In this document: piece after piece, positions 49,201 through 61,675 of the stretch
Position numbering within the stretch: position 1 is the stretch's first letter
Layout: the number at the start of each line of letters is the position of its first letter
Source of the DNA: Vermamoeba vermiformis
Taxonomy: Eukaryota
DNA: 64,000 nucleotides
Direction of reading: 5' to 3'
Assembly (NCBI GenBank): GCA_045837725.1
Contig: JBEWZL010000062.1
Coordinates: forward strand, 1 to 64,000
Notes under the pieces: model-generated
Database searches by the model: none
What the model saw: only the letters and a program-made list of their open reading frames with translations
What the model was told of the DNA's origin: nothing
Made by a program: the position numbers and the translations under genes

Positions 49201-52200
49201 CCACAACAAAGAAATCGAAGTCTACCCCGATGAATCCAAGAAGCCGCCCGTTGGTCACGAGCTCAACAAACCTGCCGTGCTTACTTTGCAAAAGTGCTTC
49301 CCTAAGGACAAGTCAGGCAAGCGTTTGACTGCCCCTGAAGACATTACTCGCTTTGAAAACAAGTTGAAGCACCAAACTCAAAAGTTTGGTGGTCGATTCA
49401 TTGGCTACAAAGCTGATGCTGGCGAGTGGTCGTTCCGCGTCGAACATTTCAGCCGTTATGGTTTGGATGAAGATGACGAAGACGACGATGAAGAGAAGGC
49501 CAAACAACCTCAAAAGCCGTTAGTGCCTCTCCCTGCTAACGCCAAGCAAGCGCCTCAACCCGTCAAGCCCCTCGTTAAACCTCAACCTGTTCGCGCCACT
49601 GCCCCTCCTCAAACTGCCTCGAGCGATGACGCCTCAATGAATGGCAGCGAAGAAGAATACGAAGAAGAGCATCAACTTCGTGACGCACGTTATCGTAACG
49701 AAGATTACGAAGAAGACGAGGAAGAGGAAGAATTCGGTAAGGCTAAACGCCAATATCGATTCGATGATAGACTTTTACTCGACTTTGATGAGATCTGGTT
49801 GCTCGTTAGCATGTTTGCTAATTGAAACCTTTAGACTCTCAAGAAGAGATGCAAGATGAATATGACGAAGAAGAAGAGGAGTTTGATGAGTATGAGGAAT
49901 ATCAAGCTCAACCTACTCGTATGCGCTACGAATCCACTTCTTCTCAAGATCTTGGATCTGACGACGTCGAGGTAAAAATTAATAACGATAAAATAGTACC
50001 CATTTATAAGAAAGTGGCGCGATGGGAAGTTTAATAGAATAATGATAGCTTGTATAATTTGAAAATTTTGCGTGTAAATAATGAAATTGAATTTCTTGTA
50101 ATAAATAACTTAGGATCAATGATAAATTATCGTCTATACATACTTTTAATAACAACAAGCTCTAGTTGGAATAACACTACGTTGCTATTTGCTCCAAAGG
50201 ATGGTAACTGATCTCTAATGTTATTTTCAGCCAGAGCCCGAGTACGTCTCACCCACGCGACGAACGACTGGTCAAATGGTCCCTGAACAGCTCGGCCTCA
50301 ATCCTGCCAAGATCCAAGTCATGAAGTCTTTGCTCTTTCAAGACGAAACACCGCAAGGCAACGCTGCCAAGCGAAGACGAATGGATCGTGAAGGCCCATC
50401 TCCTGCTGCTTTCACGCCTTCTCGTGTTGAACGTCCTCGACGTGAGATTACGCCCGTGTTCCAAGTCATGAAAGAACAATCGCCTGCTGCATCCGCGGCA
50501 AAAGCAGCTCCTATCGTCGTGACCAAGCAGCGAGCTGGTAAGACCGAATGTTGCCCTGTCCCACGTAGTCAAAAGTACTAACTGATATCAAGTAGAACGT
50601 GTTGCAATTCCTCTTGCCAAGTCAGTTGTTAACCAGCACACTGACGGTTTAAAGGACGCTGGCTTGTTCATGAGCAGATCATTCAGAGTTGGCTGGGGAC
50701 CCGGTGGAGTTTTGTTCCGTCTCGCACCTTCAAAGCGGCCTGTTGCCTCTGAGCCGAGCAACTTCACTCGCAGCAGCGTGATCGAGACTGCTGTTGGCAA
50801 AGAGAATCCTCCCACATTCAGCACCATTGTGATGGAGCGAATCAATCCTGTGCCTGAACTTGGCACTGTGGAGCACGCGCGACAGTTGTACCTTCCATTT
50901 TTGGAAAACCATTTGAACAAGACTTCGCCGGAACAACAGCCTCACTCGGATATTCCGCAGCTGCGAGTTGGTGAAAATTTTGACGATTTTGTCACGAGCA
51001 CTATCTTGACTTTGGAACAATTGAAGTCAAATCAATTGCCCACCGGTCAAGTCGGATTTGACATTGGTTCACTGAATCTCGATCATTATATCCAAGTTTG
51101 GAAATTGATCAAGGCACTCTGGGGCAAGCATTCTTTGGACGTGCCTTTCGAGTTGGAAGAAGACGCTCGTCGTCACTACTTGAGCATGTGGCTTAAGGAC
51201 GCTGTTTTGCCAACCGTCAAAGAAGAATTGAACGAGATTTTGAAGAACAAATCTCCGTTCGTGAACGAGGAGTCGAACAACACCACCCGACTTCGCGCCA
51301 TTTTTTCTAGCTTGACTGGCAAGAAAGTCAAAGAAGCTGTTGACCTGGTAAGAGAAGACCACGGCACTAACGTTATTGAATAGTATCTAATATGAACATT
51401 GTATAGGCTATTGAGAATAAGGACTACAGATTTGCCATGTTACTCGCACAGGCGGCAAACAACGAAGAGTTCAACAACGCAATTCGAGATCAGCTGGCTC
51501 AATGGCGCAAGTCTGGTGCCGACAAGACCATCGAACACGAGCGCATGGCCTTGTATAAGCTGTTGGCTGCTGAAGTTGACTCCGTATCAAGGTATGTTAA
51601 GATCTGATCCGAATCTGCGGTCGGATATTTTTCAACCTTGAATCTGTGTAGCAATATTTTTGTGCGTGATGACAAACTATCCCATGCTATTGAATACTCC
51701 TTCATATTTATGATTGAGACATTATGATACAAAGAGTTCCTGATACAAATAATTATTGCTCTCACATCCGTTTTTTTCACGGAAGATTTTCAATCTTTTA
51801 GTACTTGGTTTCATTATTAATGCACCTATAAATAGCTCTTTGGATTGGAAGCGAGCATTTGGTTTGCAATTGTGGTACGGCCAGCCAGCAACTTCGTCGA
51901 TCAGTCAAGTTGTCTCGGCCTTCGAGCACGCAGTGGTCAAGGGGCACGCGAGAAAGCCATTGCCTATTTACAGACCTTACAAGGACTACAAGCCCCAAAA
52001 GGTCGAGGTAAGTTTCAAGACAATTATATTGATTAATAGTGGTGAAAAAGTACCTGATGATAGAATTTATCCCATGCTATTGAACTTGCTTTTAAATTTA
52101 AAAGTATAGTCTTGATACAACGAGTTCCTGATACTTTTTTACGTTACCAACCAATCCATAATATCGTTTACTTCGTGACACGTGTCTAATTTTGATGTTT

Positions 52201-53455
52201 AGGGTTCGTTGAAGTTCACTGAAAACTTCGACACAAACTTCCACGTGCTTCGATTGTACTCGGATCGAAATCATCCTTGGCACCAAGCTATGCATCCTTT
52301 GAATAATTCTCATAATATTCAAGACTACTGGTACGTACTAGCCCGGATCCATTGGACCAAACTGCGGATCTAACGTTTTTCGTAGGATGAGCTGGAATTT
52401 GTTTAGTGCTTTGAGCGCGTTGAATTTGTTCGGAAACTCGACGCACAACGGCAAAGACTATGTGTTCGAGCTTGGCATGAGCTTTGCTAGTCAATTGGAG
52501 GTGTGCGGCTTGTGGGAATGGGCCATTTATGTCATTTATAACTTGCCCGAGACTTACCCGAACATCCGTGAACGCGCTGTCAGAGCCATCTTGTCGCGTT
52601 ACGTCGCGGACATTGAGACCTTGGATCAAGAGCAATTCCTGCGCCAACGATTGAACTTGCCTGTCGAGTGGATCGAAGAGGCCAAGTCGTGGCGTGCAAT
52701 GTCACGTGGCAAGCTTAACGATGCTGTCTGGCACATGATCAATTCGCGACAGTACGAGGGCGCGCATCACTTGATTGTGACGGCCTTGGCGAGCAAGTAC
52801 ATCTTGAACGAGGCGTACAACGAAGAGCTGTTCAATATGCTCGACACACTCGGTCGACACGTGAATCATTTGATCGACTGGGAGAATCGCGGTGGCATGT
52901 ACTACGACTACTTGGGCGTCGAAAAAGAATTCAAGCATTGCCAAGAGACTTTGAGGCACACCGAGGACTCGGCAGCTGTAAGTCAAAGACACCATTTCCT
53001 AATATGGCAATCGATTCTAATCACATTTTTAGATCGCTGAAGTCGTTGCTAGACTTAGCTCGCTCGAACAATTCGTTGCATCCTTGTCAAAACGACTGGC
53101 TGTTTGGGTGGCTGAGGACAACCAAGGACTTGCCAAAAAAGGAAACAACGGTGGTAAACCTAGTCGAAGACGTGATTGGCTCTCGAACGACTTATTCGAT
53201 CGTGTTTGCTTAGCCGAGATGTCAACGAGATTGTCGCAATATGGCGTGGCCGTGAAACAGTTGTTGACCGATAATCAACCTCACGCGGATCTGAACTTGA
53301 TGACGGATGTCAATCACTTCACAGCGGAGTTATCTGCAAATGGATTGGCTGTCGCTCATCAATTGAAAGAATTGGCTATTCCCGAAGATTATCGATTGAC
53401 CCAATTGAACGATCTTTGTGCTAATTTCTTGAGCAGCTTGCAGCAAGTTGCTTAA
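46219..53455 (+). CDS. NUP98: Nucleoporin Nup98-Nup96 precursor
   Basis: Extensive FG repeats, GLEBS motif ITAMEQYKNKSLEELRWEDYQ, autoproteolytic domain ending WSFRVEHFSRYG, Nup96 part SFRVGWGPGG, LDWKRAFGLQLWY and FASQLEVCGLWEWAIYV. Confidence 0.97.
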
Positions 53456-53560
53456 ATCCTGTAAGTAATTCGAATAAAAGTAACCGAATGATTGCTGCGA
53501 ACCAGAAACTCTTTACTTTAGTCTAGAATATACAACTAAAAAAGTTCAGCAGGTACGGAA

Positions 53561-53884
53561 CTATTCAAATACGAAGTAATTAGGGTGGAGGGGTGAGTCT
53601 TCGGTACGCTCTGGAGTGTGAGGCTCAAAAAGATCATCATAAATTGCTTTGTTTTTGATTTCTAGCTTTTCAGTTTTTTTATCAGTTTCTTTGGGTTCTT
53701 CGTCATTTGGCACATGTTTTCTTCGCGGTGTCCATTTTTTGGTTGTTTTTTGAGACTTGCCTCGTGGCGTTTGTTTTCTTCGTGGTGTCCATTTTTTGGC
53801 TGCTTTTTGCGACTTGATTTGCGGTGTCTTTTTCTTTTGTGGCAACGCAACTCTTTTTGCCTTGCTCTCCTTCTCTTCAGACAA
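53561..53884 (-). CDS. Small Lys/Arg-rich hypothetical protein with an internal repeat
   Basis: 107-aa ORF with KSQK(AA/TT)KKWTPRRK twice. The start is uncertain. Confidence 0.4.
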   Translation of the reverse strand: MSEEKESKAKRVALPQKKKTPQIKSQKAAKKWTPRRKQTPRGKSQKTTKKWTPRRKHVPNDEEPKETDKKTEKLEIKNKAIYDDLFEPHTPERTEDSPLHPNYFVFE

Positions 53885-54356
53885 AAATGCGCCAAATCTG
53901 CATATTACAAAAATTCAAGTTGCAGAGAAACTAATTCGGCAAATAGTTAAATTTAATTATCTCGCACTGTGATGCAATTAAACAAGTAGAGTATTGATAA
54001 AAATACGTACGAGTCGAGAGATCTATCCATGACTAATACGGTAGTTGGCTGTTGGTGCTAATGTTTCAGTGCGAAAGAAGACAGAGGCGTGGCAGAATTT
54101 CAAATAGAGTACGAGTATCACTTACGTTTGTTGTATTGGAAAAGGAAATATTTTGAAACTGTTGTAGTGGTGATATCTGCGAGTTTTGAAAATTCAACCG
54201 AATAAATTTGAAAACTCAAATCAGCGTCAAACTCGATCTTAGATATATAGCTCTTGTTTATAGAAAGATACGAAATAAACGAAGGTTTACTTTATTAGTA
54301 AACGACAAAATTTTGTGGTTCCAAACAGGTTGGATCCGGTAGTTTGAGCGGCGCGT

Positions 54357-55005
54357 TTACAAAGAGGCTTCGATGAGTTTGGCCAAATCATCTTCAGCAG
54401 GGCAGCCGTTGTTGGAGTCTTTAGCCTTCGAGGCCCAATCACCGATAATGGTAATATGTAACTCTTTGTCCTTCTTCTCAACCTTCCAGGACACCTCGAA
54501 TGCACCAACTTGAGCCGGATCTTGCACGACGCTAATGAGAACCTTCTCGACTTCAGATTGAATAGCTTCTTTGCCAATAGCGTCCTTAGTGACCTTCTTA
54601 AAGGCGTCGAGGATGGTCTTGAGCACGTTGTACTCGCGAGTGAAGTGCTTCAACACAGCGACAGGGGCGTCAAGTTCTTCTTTGCTGCTCCATTGGTACT
54701 TGCCCTATAAAATTATATTATCAATACTAATACTCCGAATCTACTAATTCCAGGAATAATATGAACAAATTTTTTAATCTTTAAAATTCAATTTTGTAAC
54801 GGAAAATTTTTGACGTTGCGTGAAATGGTTCGGACCAGAAATTGATACGATATAACAAATAAATATGTACCTGCAAAGCCTTAATGGACTCAATGTCGAC
54901 GGAGGCCTTCAAGTTGGGACTGATCTTGGCCAATGCTTCGTTCAAGTTAGTGAGGCCGCTGCCGGTCTCGAATTCAGCGACAGCTCGTTTCATTGCAAGT
55001 GCCAT
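54357..55005 (-). CDS. Hypothetical protein (2 exons, strongly biased codon usage)
   Basis: MALAMKRAVAEFETG...KALQ joins GKYQWSSKEELDAPV...LIEASL* across a GT-AG intron at ~54870-54705. Confidence 0.75.
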
Positions 55006-55635
55006 GATGAAGGTGATATGATAAGTAACTAAGTTGTTGACTTGTTGATGTTGTTCGTTTGATTGAACTGATGAATGAAACTCAGATCCGACGACCTTTA
55101 AATCCTTTCGCAATGGACTGCAAGGTCCGTAACCACTAAGTACTTCGTCCCATGTACGTCATCCTGTGTACGCAGGCACGTAATGGGACAGGACTTCTGG
55201 AAGCGGTTATTTTTAGTTATTGTTCGTCCTTTCTCGTTTCATTCTGATTCACAACGTGCATGGAATCACACAATGTCCGATCAAAAGGTTTGTGGAGTCT
55301 TGTTACATGCACTTCATTTATATGAGTCATCGGCATTAGTAGAAGCTGAAAATATTATTACCAATTCAAGTTAGCTTACACGATCAAAGTTCCTTACAGT
55401 ATGATGCCTTCGCTGTGCAAGAACGACAGATAGTAGTAGCGTATATAGTGGTCCAGTAACTACTACTATTGCTATCAATAAGTGCTTCAGTCATATTGGC
55501 AATGAATTCGTAGTGATAAAGATGTAGAGGACTTACGGGCTAGTTCCGTCTTGGATGTACTTTGAGAGTTGCTCGTATTACGGAAGTTAAAACTGACTAA
55601 TGTTTTTGAAACTATTACTAATATACAACCAGCCA

Positions 55636-56654
55636 TTACTGCACAATACATCGTTCTTTGTCTTTTTTCTCGCTGATCTCTCTCCGCTGAAGAACAATTT
55701 TGGCTACTTCTTGCATCATCTCCTTTACTCCCCAATTTTTAATAGAAGAGCTTCGTAATAATATTACTGTTAGTATTTTATACCGTTGAGGCGGAGTCTT
55801 CGCTGAAAAATATTACCATTCAAAGTATTTGACGGCTCCAATCTGTTTCGCTAATTCTTCTCCCTCCTCGTGCCTGATTATCTGGCCATTTTTCAAAGCT
55901 TCGGGGTCAGGATTATCATCTCTTAAGTCGGTTTTACATCCTACAAGCACAAAAGGGACTTTTGGGCAATGTTGGCTGATCTAGAGTCACCGATCAGAGT
56001 TGAACGAGAAAACTCGTTACTAACGAGACTTACTTCGGGAATCCACTGTACGATCGTATTAATAACTAATATAATATATGTATTGGTATTATACCGTTGC
56101 TTTGATTTCATTAAAGCTTGCTCGATCTGCAACAGAAAAACACACGAGGAAGATCTCGGTATCAGGATAGGCCGTCGGTCGCATTATTGCTATAATATCT
56201 CAGTAATAATACAAAATTTAGGAAATAACGTACCATATTCATCTAAACCACCAACAGTCCATAAATCAAAATCAACGGCAAGATCATCATTTGACGCCTA
56301 AAACAAATAATTATTTTTAGTATTTTATATTTTATTCGTTTAATTACCTCAAATATATAGTTCCATGGCCACTGCGAATATAACGCAAACAAAGTCTTTG
56401 AAAAAATATTATTAGTTAATAAAATTAGTTGCTACCCCTTGCTTACGCCAGGAACCTCTTCCGTTGGGCAACTTCCATAGTGTAGTGTCCATATTATATG
56501 TCTCTGTAATTAAACGGTAAGTGTCAACTGAATAAAAAAATCAGATCTCGTATCGCACCTTTCCCGTGGTTTTATTGCCAACAAATACACTTTTAATTTT
56601 CTCGTCTATTTTAATTTTCGCTTTTTTATCATTATCGTCTCTATTGTGCTCCAT
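55636..56654 (-). CDS. Atypical Rho/Rac-family GTPase-like protein (paralog B), CAAX CIVQ
   Basis: Same exon structure and high nucleotide similarity to 30611-31627: [41 protein letters not shown] and ERCIVQ*. Confidence 0.88.
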
Positions 56655-56759
56655 TTCTTTGTTTTTTTAGGTTGAGAATCGCATCCAGTGTTGTTTGATT
56701 TACGAAAGATTTATTTTAATATCAAGTCCCGCAAAAGGCACGTCGAAAATACTAGCCGT

Positions 56760-58186
56760 TTACAACAACACAAACAACGCTACAAAAAATACAGCAGCAC
56801 AAGCGCCAATGCGACGTGCCTCAGATACTGGACGCGAAGAGCGAGGCGATAACATCGGCATTGTAGTACTGGGCTGGCTGACTGGTGAAGCGATGGGGGA
56901 AGTGGGATTGGAATCTACAGGTGTATCTATAGGCGTAGATACAGGTTCTGTCGTTGGTGCAGATACAGGCCCAGCAACCGTCGGAGGAGCGACCGGCGCA
57001 ACGCCGATAGGTGCCACTGGGGGTAGAGACGGAGAGAGAAGAGAGGGGAGAAACGGAGCAGCCAGAAAGAAGACCGCAGAAGGAGAGGCGCGACCGCCCC
57101 CCGAACACGACAGAAGAGCGGGGCCCCCCAACCCGACCCACACGCCCCAGCACCGCCCCCCACCGCCGCTCAGAGACCCACCCCCCCCCCGCCCCGAGAA
57201 CCACCCCCCCACCGCGCCCCGCCCCCGGCCCGCGGCGGAGCCCCCCCGCACCCCGACAGCGCCCCCACCCCCCACCACGCTGACCAAAAGTGCGCCTGTC
57301 GTTTGTCTTTTTCTCCATTTTTTGTTTTTAGGTTGAGTGCTCCAGTATAAAGATTTTTCAGTCCCGAGGCGTGAAAAGATGCGTTGACGAAAAACAGCAG
57401 CGCGTTGGGAAGGAGAGGGGATGAGGATGGGGGAGGATTGGCATCTACAGGTGTATCTATAGGTGCTGTCGTAGGTGTTGATACAGGTTCTGTCGTTGGT
57501 GCAGATACAGGCCCAGCAACCGTCGGAGGAGCGACCGGCGCAACGCCGATAGGTGCCACTGGGGGTCCTAGGCATTGAGCGTCCGTGGAAGCTGAGTTAG
57601 TGCAAGTAGGAGTGGCAACTAAGTTAGTAGAAAGACTATTCGGATTGCAGTCCACGGCATTGAAGAAAGTGAGGGTAATAGATCCTTCCGAGTCGCAAGA
57701 TTCAGTTAATGCAGCAGATTTCGACGCGCTGCTGTCGTAATTCACGCAAACCGTTGTCCCCGAAGCCTTAACTGTTAAGAAAATGTTAGACGTAACCGAA
57801 AAACGTTTTTGGATTTAAAAACCTTACCAGCGAACAAACTGGCCGGTAGAGCGCAGTTAGAATAGAATGACGTTGCAACATAGTGCTTGCTTACATCGAC
57901 AGAAAAATCGATGGTATTAATAGAAGGGCAACTCACAGTTATGTATTGGGCGCCGACTTGTTGGCAAGTTGCTTCAGAGCATGAGCGACCAATGTCGCTT
58001 GTCTAGAAGATTATTGATTATTTTGGACGTGGTGTGATGATTCTTACTCTGAACTGTGCTATCTTGTTCGTACAACCCGAATCAGAGAAGATCTCGGCGG
58101 AGTAAGGATAGATGGTACCGCACAAAACGGTCTGAAATGCCCACAATACAACAACTAAACGTAAACTTCGAGTAGAGTTGCGCATA
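56760..58186 (-). CDS. Secreted Cys-containing, Pro/Thr-rich surface protein, probably GPI-anchored
   Basis: Signal peptide MRNSTRSLRLVVVLWAFQTVLCG, Cys-rich exons, a PVAP/PTT stalk and a hydrophobic tail AAVFFVALFVLL*. The model is disrupted by a duplicated, garbled tract at 57020-57420. Confidence 0.65.
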
Positions 58187-58716
58187 ATCGAAAAAAATTG
58201 TCGAATGAACAAAAATAAATGTACAGCTTTTTTGGTTCAAGCGCAAAACGAATTTCCTAACATTGTAATGCGGCGGTGTTTAATTCAATTGTGGAATATT
58301 CACTGAGTAAATCTACACGGTACGCCCATAAAATGACGCGATTTGGTCCTGTTATTTCTCTCCTGGTTGCTAGACAAATGTTAAATCCGAAAATTTTTTT
58401 TCACTAAAATTAGAATTAACGCACTGGAAGCGCTATAACTTAAAAATGTTTTTATATCGCGCTTGAAGAACTTAACACAAGACTGTAAATATTTTTTGAA
58501 TACCGAAGTTTCCTCAGGTGCGTAATAGCCTTCCGCCGTTCCGCCAAGCTTCTCCATGTCATCTATTGTTGATTAATATATGACGTTTAAACAGATCTTA
58601 CCAGTGCAACACGAGCGCTGAAGTCGATGAGGGGTATTGCATGTTGGCCTTTTGAGCCTTGCTTCTGGAAAGGTTAAATAAGGATCTCGTTTGCTGTCAT
58701 GTAGTCTAGCAACCTC

Positions 58717-60341
58717 TTATTGATTGGTATTCTTATTATTGGGAGTATCAAATTTGCCTTGTTCATCACTGTCATAATCGCTGTCGTCAGACTTATCCTT
58801 CTTGAGCTCCTTACGTGCTGTTGTCAGTACTGTCCAGGACTCTAGTAAGTTTTCCAACTTGAAGTGGTAAGCCCGAATAGCGACCAGCCACGTCATTAAC
58901 TTGGTCAAAGAGGCTTTGTCAAATTCGGCAAGATCGAGTTCAGGCTCGATCCAGAGCTCATAGATCGGGCTTTCGTAGTCATTTTCCGAATGAAGTTGCA
59001 CTTGCATTTGCAGTAGTTGTACGCAGTAGCCTGACGTAAGAATGCCAAAGCAGTAGAGTGTTCGCTGTTCATTTGACGGTGTTAAATGCAGGATTTGAAA
59101 CCGCAGTGCGCACCGCATCAGTTGTACGAGCTTGTGCAAGTCTTTGTGATCCTCGTTAATTTCTTTGGCAGGACTGTCTTCCCGAATGAAGTAGACAAAT
59201 TCAATCTTGCCTTTCCAGACAGCGCTTCTTGCGTCAGTAAGACGTTTGAACTTTTCAAATGGACGGGAAGAGTCATGACCGAGCATCGTGTTGACGGGAG
59301 GTCTTGGAAGAGCGGCTCGAATAGCTTGGCGTAGAGTAAGGTCCTGAAGTCTTGTTCTGACGCGTTGGAAGCTATTTTTAGCTTTTGTCCCCAGCTAATT
59401 ACAGTGGTGACAAAATCGGGCAAAATCTGTCTGAACTTCTTTGTAAAGTCGTCGTCCGAGTTGTGTGCATCAATTCCATTGGCAATAAAGTTGCGTAGAT
59501 CGGCAAACGGATCTTGTTGCATGTATTGGTGCGGACGGAACTCAATGATCTGATTTAAATGACTTAAGTTAGGACACGTCCTCATAGTTCGGGTAAATAA
59601 CACCTACGGTTGTTACTAGTACGGGAATAACTTCTTCGATGAATGCGAGCACGTTCATGTCACTTGCATCTTTCCACGGAATTTTCTTTAGTTTCATCGA
59701 AATACCGTACGCCATGGGCCATATATTCCACTCTTCACAAATTTCTCGCAATGTTACTCTTTCCAAAGGATTAGTACCGGATGTGCGTCTGCAGATCTGG
59801 ACTTACTTTTCGCCATCGATCGTGGCTACTGCGTTTTCTAGTTTGCTAAGAGCACCGCTGAATACTAGGGGGCTAGTTAGGACTTTGTTTTCCAAAGTGA
59901 GCTTTGGCACTGACATCCGCCGTAGATTTGTTAGTTTGACACCAGTCGAGTAATTGAGAACTTACGGGGATCGCCTTTGGCTTCGTTTTCTGGCAGATTT
60001 TCGAGGGGTCCCCTCGCCTTTTGTGGAGTATTGTTGGGTGCAGGTGTGGATTGCGGATTCAACTCAGTTAGCTGGGATTTCATTTCTCTAGCATCCTTTT
60101 TCTCGGGTCTTCCTTGTTTATTACGAGAATTTTTAGGCTGCGAAGCTTTAATCTTTGTCTCTGGATTTGTTTTCGGATTTGGCGCACTTTTTGATTCTGC
60201 ACCTGATTTATCTGTTTTTCTTTTTTTGTTACTGTTATTATTATCGGAATCTTCCAATTTTCTTTTTTTGTTTGGTGTTGAGCCAGATGTATTTTCATTC
60301 TCGGCTGCGATCTTCATTGTTGTTCCTCTTCGTGGCTCCAT
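58717..60341 (-). pseudogene. Frameshifted gene with a C-terminal Crinkler-type REase-like domain
   Basis: Overlapping minus ORFs 59931-60431, 59569-59766, 59118-59603 and 58717-59286. The C-terminus KRLTD...IREDS...KDLHKLVQLMRCAL...YCFGILTSG resembles eukaryotic CRN-associated REase domains. Confidence 0.5.
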
Positions 60342-60463
60342 TTTTGGCGCAGATCTAATCACTCTAAAATAATGATTTTTGTTGTGTCCTGTTGCAGCCG
60401 GCGAAAAGATGTTTTGCATCTGGCACGTCATTTTAAATCTTTCTGTCTAGACACTGCAACACG

Positions 60464-61582
60464 ATGAATGCACTAAGAAACTTATTAAAAAGAACAACTG
60501 CGGTGTCAGCAATAAGAACAATACGTAACAGCTCCACTAGGTCACTGCATTCAAGATCTTCAAACAACATCCAACAAAAACCAAGCACGATTTTTTCAAC
60601 AATATCTAAACAAAAAACAAATGTTCTAGCACCATTTGTCACGACAAATATTCGTTCTGAATTTTTTTGGAAGCGGATTAAGCAAGTTTTAGGTATGGAT
60701 GACCCCAAAGAGCAATACGTCAAAGAAGAAGAAGAATTCGAACGGAAATTTGCATGTAAGTACTTATTGTATTACAAGCTATCTTCAATATAATTATAGA
60801 GGCCATATATTCGTAGATTGAATTTTAATGAAAAATTTTCGTGTCAAATCCGCTGCACCACAGCGCTTAATTATTTCAATAATAGCGGTAATGCGATCAT
60901 TACATTCTTTGGTAATTAATGTAAATGATTTGCTAGTAAGTCATTTATTAAATATTTATTAATTCCTTGTGAGCTCAGCCTACCCACAATTTGCTTTATA
61001 CAAAGAAGCTCGTACCGCGCAACAAAGACTTCAATTTCAAAAGGCAGAGGATTTACTAGTCCAAGCGCTGAATCTGAAAGTTGAAGAAAAAGACATCGAA
61101 GAGTTATTGCCTCTGGTCAGAAAAGTCAGCTTCTTTAGAATTCTCAATTTAGATGTCATGCGCGTTGATCCTAAAGTGTTAAGAGAAGAAATGCTCACTC
61201 ATTTAGAGGAGTACGACAACGGCAACCCGAATCTCTGGATCGGATTCATCAAACTCCTGATAGAAGCCAACCAAATTGATGGTAAGCCTTAAAAAGCTCA
61301 TAAATTATACGCATATCATACAAGCACTTACAATCCCGATTGGCATGCCTAACAATCATTTTTTCAGATGCGATCGCCGCTGTACAAAGGTTCAGAAAGC
61401 TTGATATCAAATGGGATAATACGACATTAGCCAATATCGCGTATTTAGAAGGCAATATCATGGAGTCATTGGGAAAAGACGAAGAGGCTTCGCGTTTGTA
61501 CGACGATGCGTTGGCTTTAGAATTCTCTCCGGTCTACGATGACGCCAAACACCATGTAAATAAGCGATTAAAGAGGAAATAG
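60464..61582 (+). CDS. Probable mitochondrial TPR-like protein
   Basis: Arg/Ser-rich N-terminus lacking acidic residues (presequence-like). TPR-like AEDLLVQALNL and GNIMESLGKDEEASRLYDDALAL; three exons. Confidence 0.6.
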
Positions 61583-61675
61583 GAGTAATTTTGTAATATT
61601 TGGCAATAATAGCCTTTTAAGTGCTCGGATCCTTCGCTACAAAAGATTTTCTTCAATTTTCAATAATGAATCACA

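Noticed and set aside
57020-57420. Extremely C-rich tract and tandem duplication within the surface-protein gene
   Set aside because: It looks like a low-quality duplicate of ~56350-57020 (CTCCATTT...TTTAGGTTGAG at ~56650 and ~57313) with homopolymer noise. It is most likely an assembly or read artefact, so its Pro/Gly-rich ORFs were ignored.
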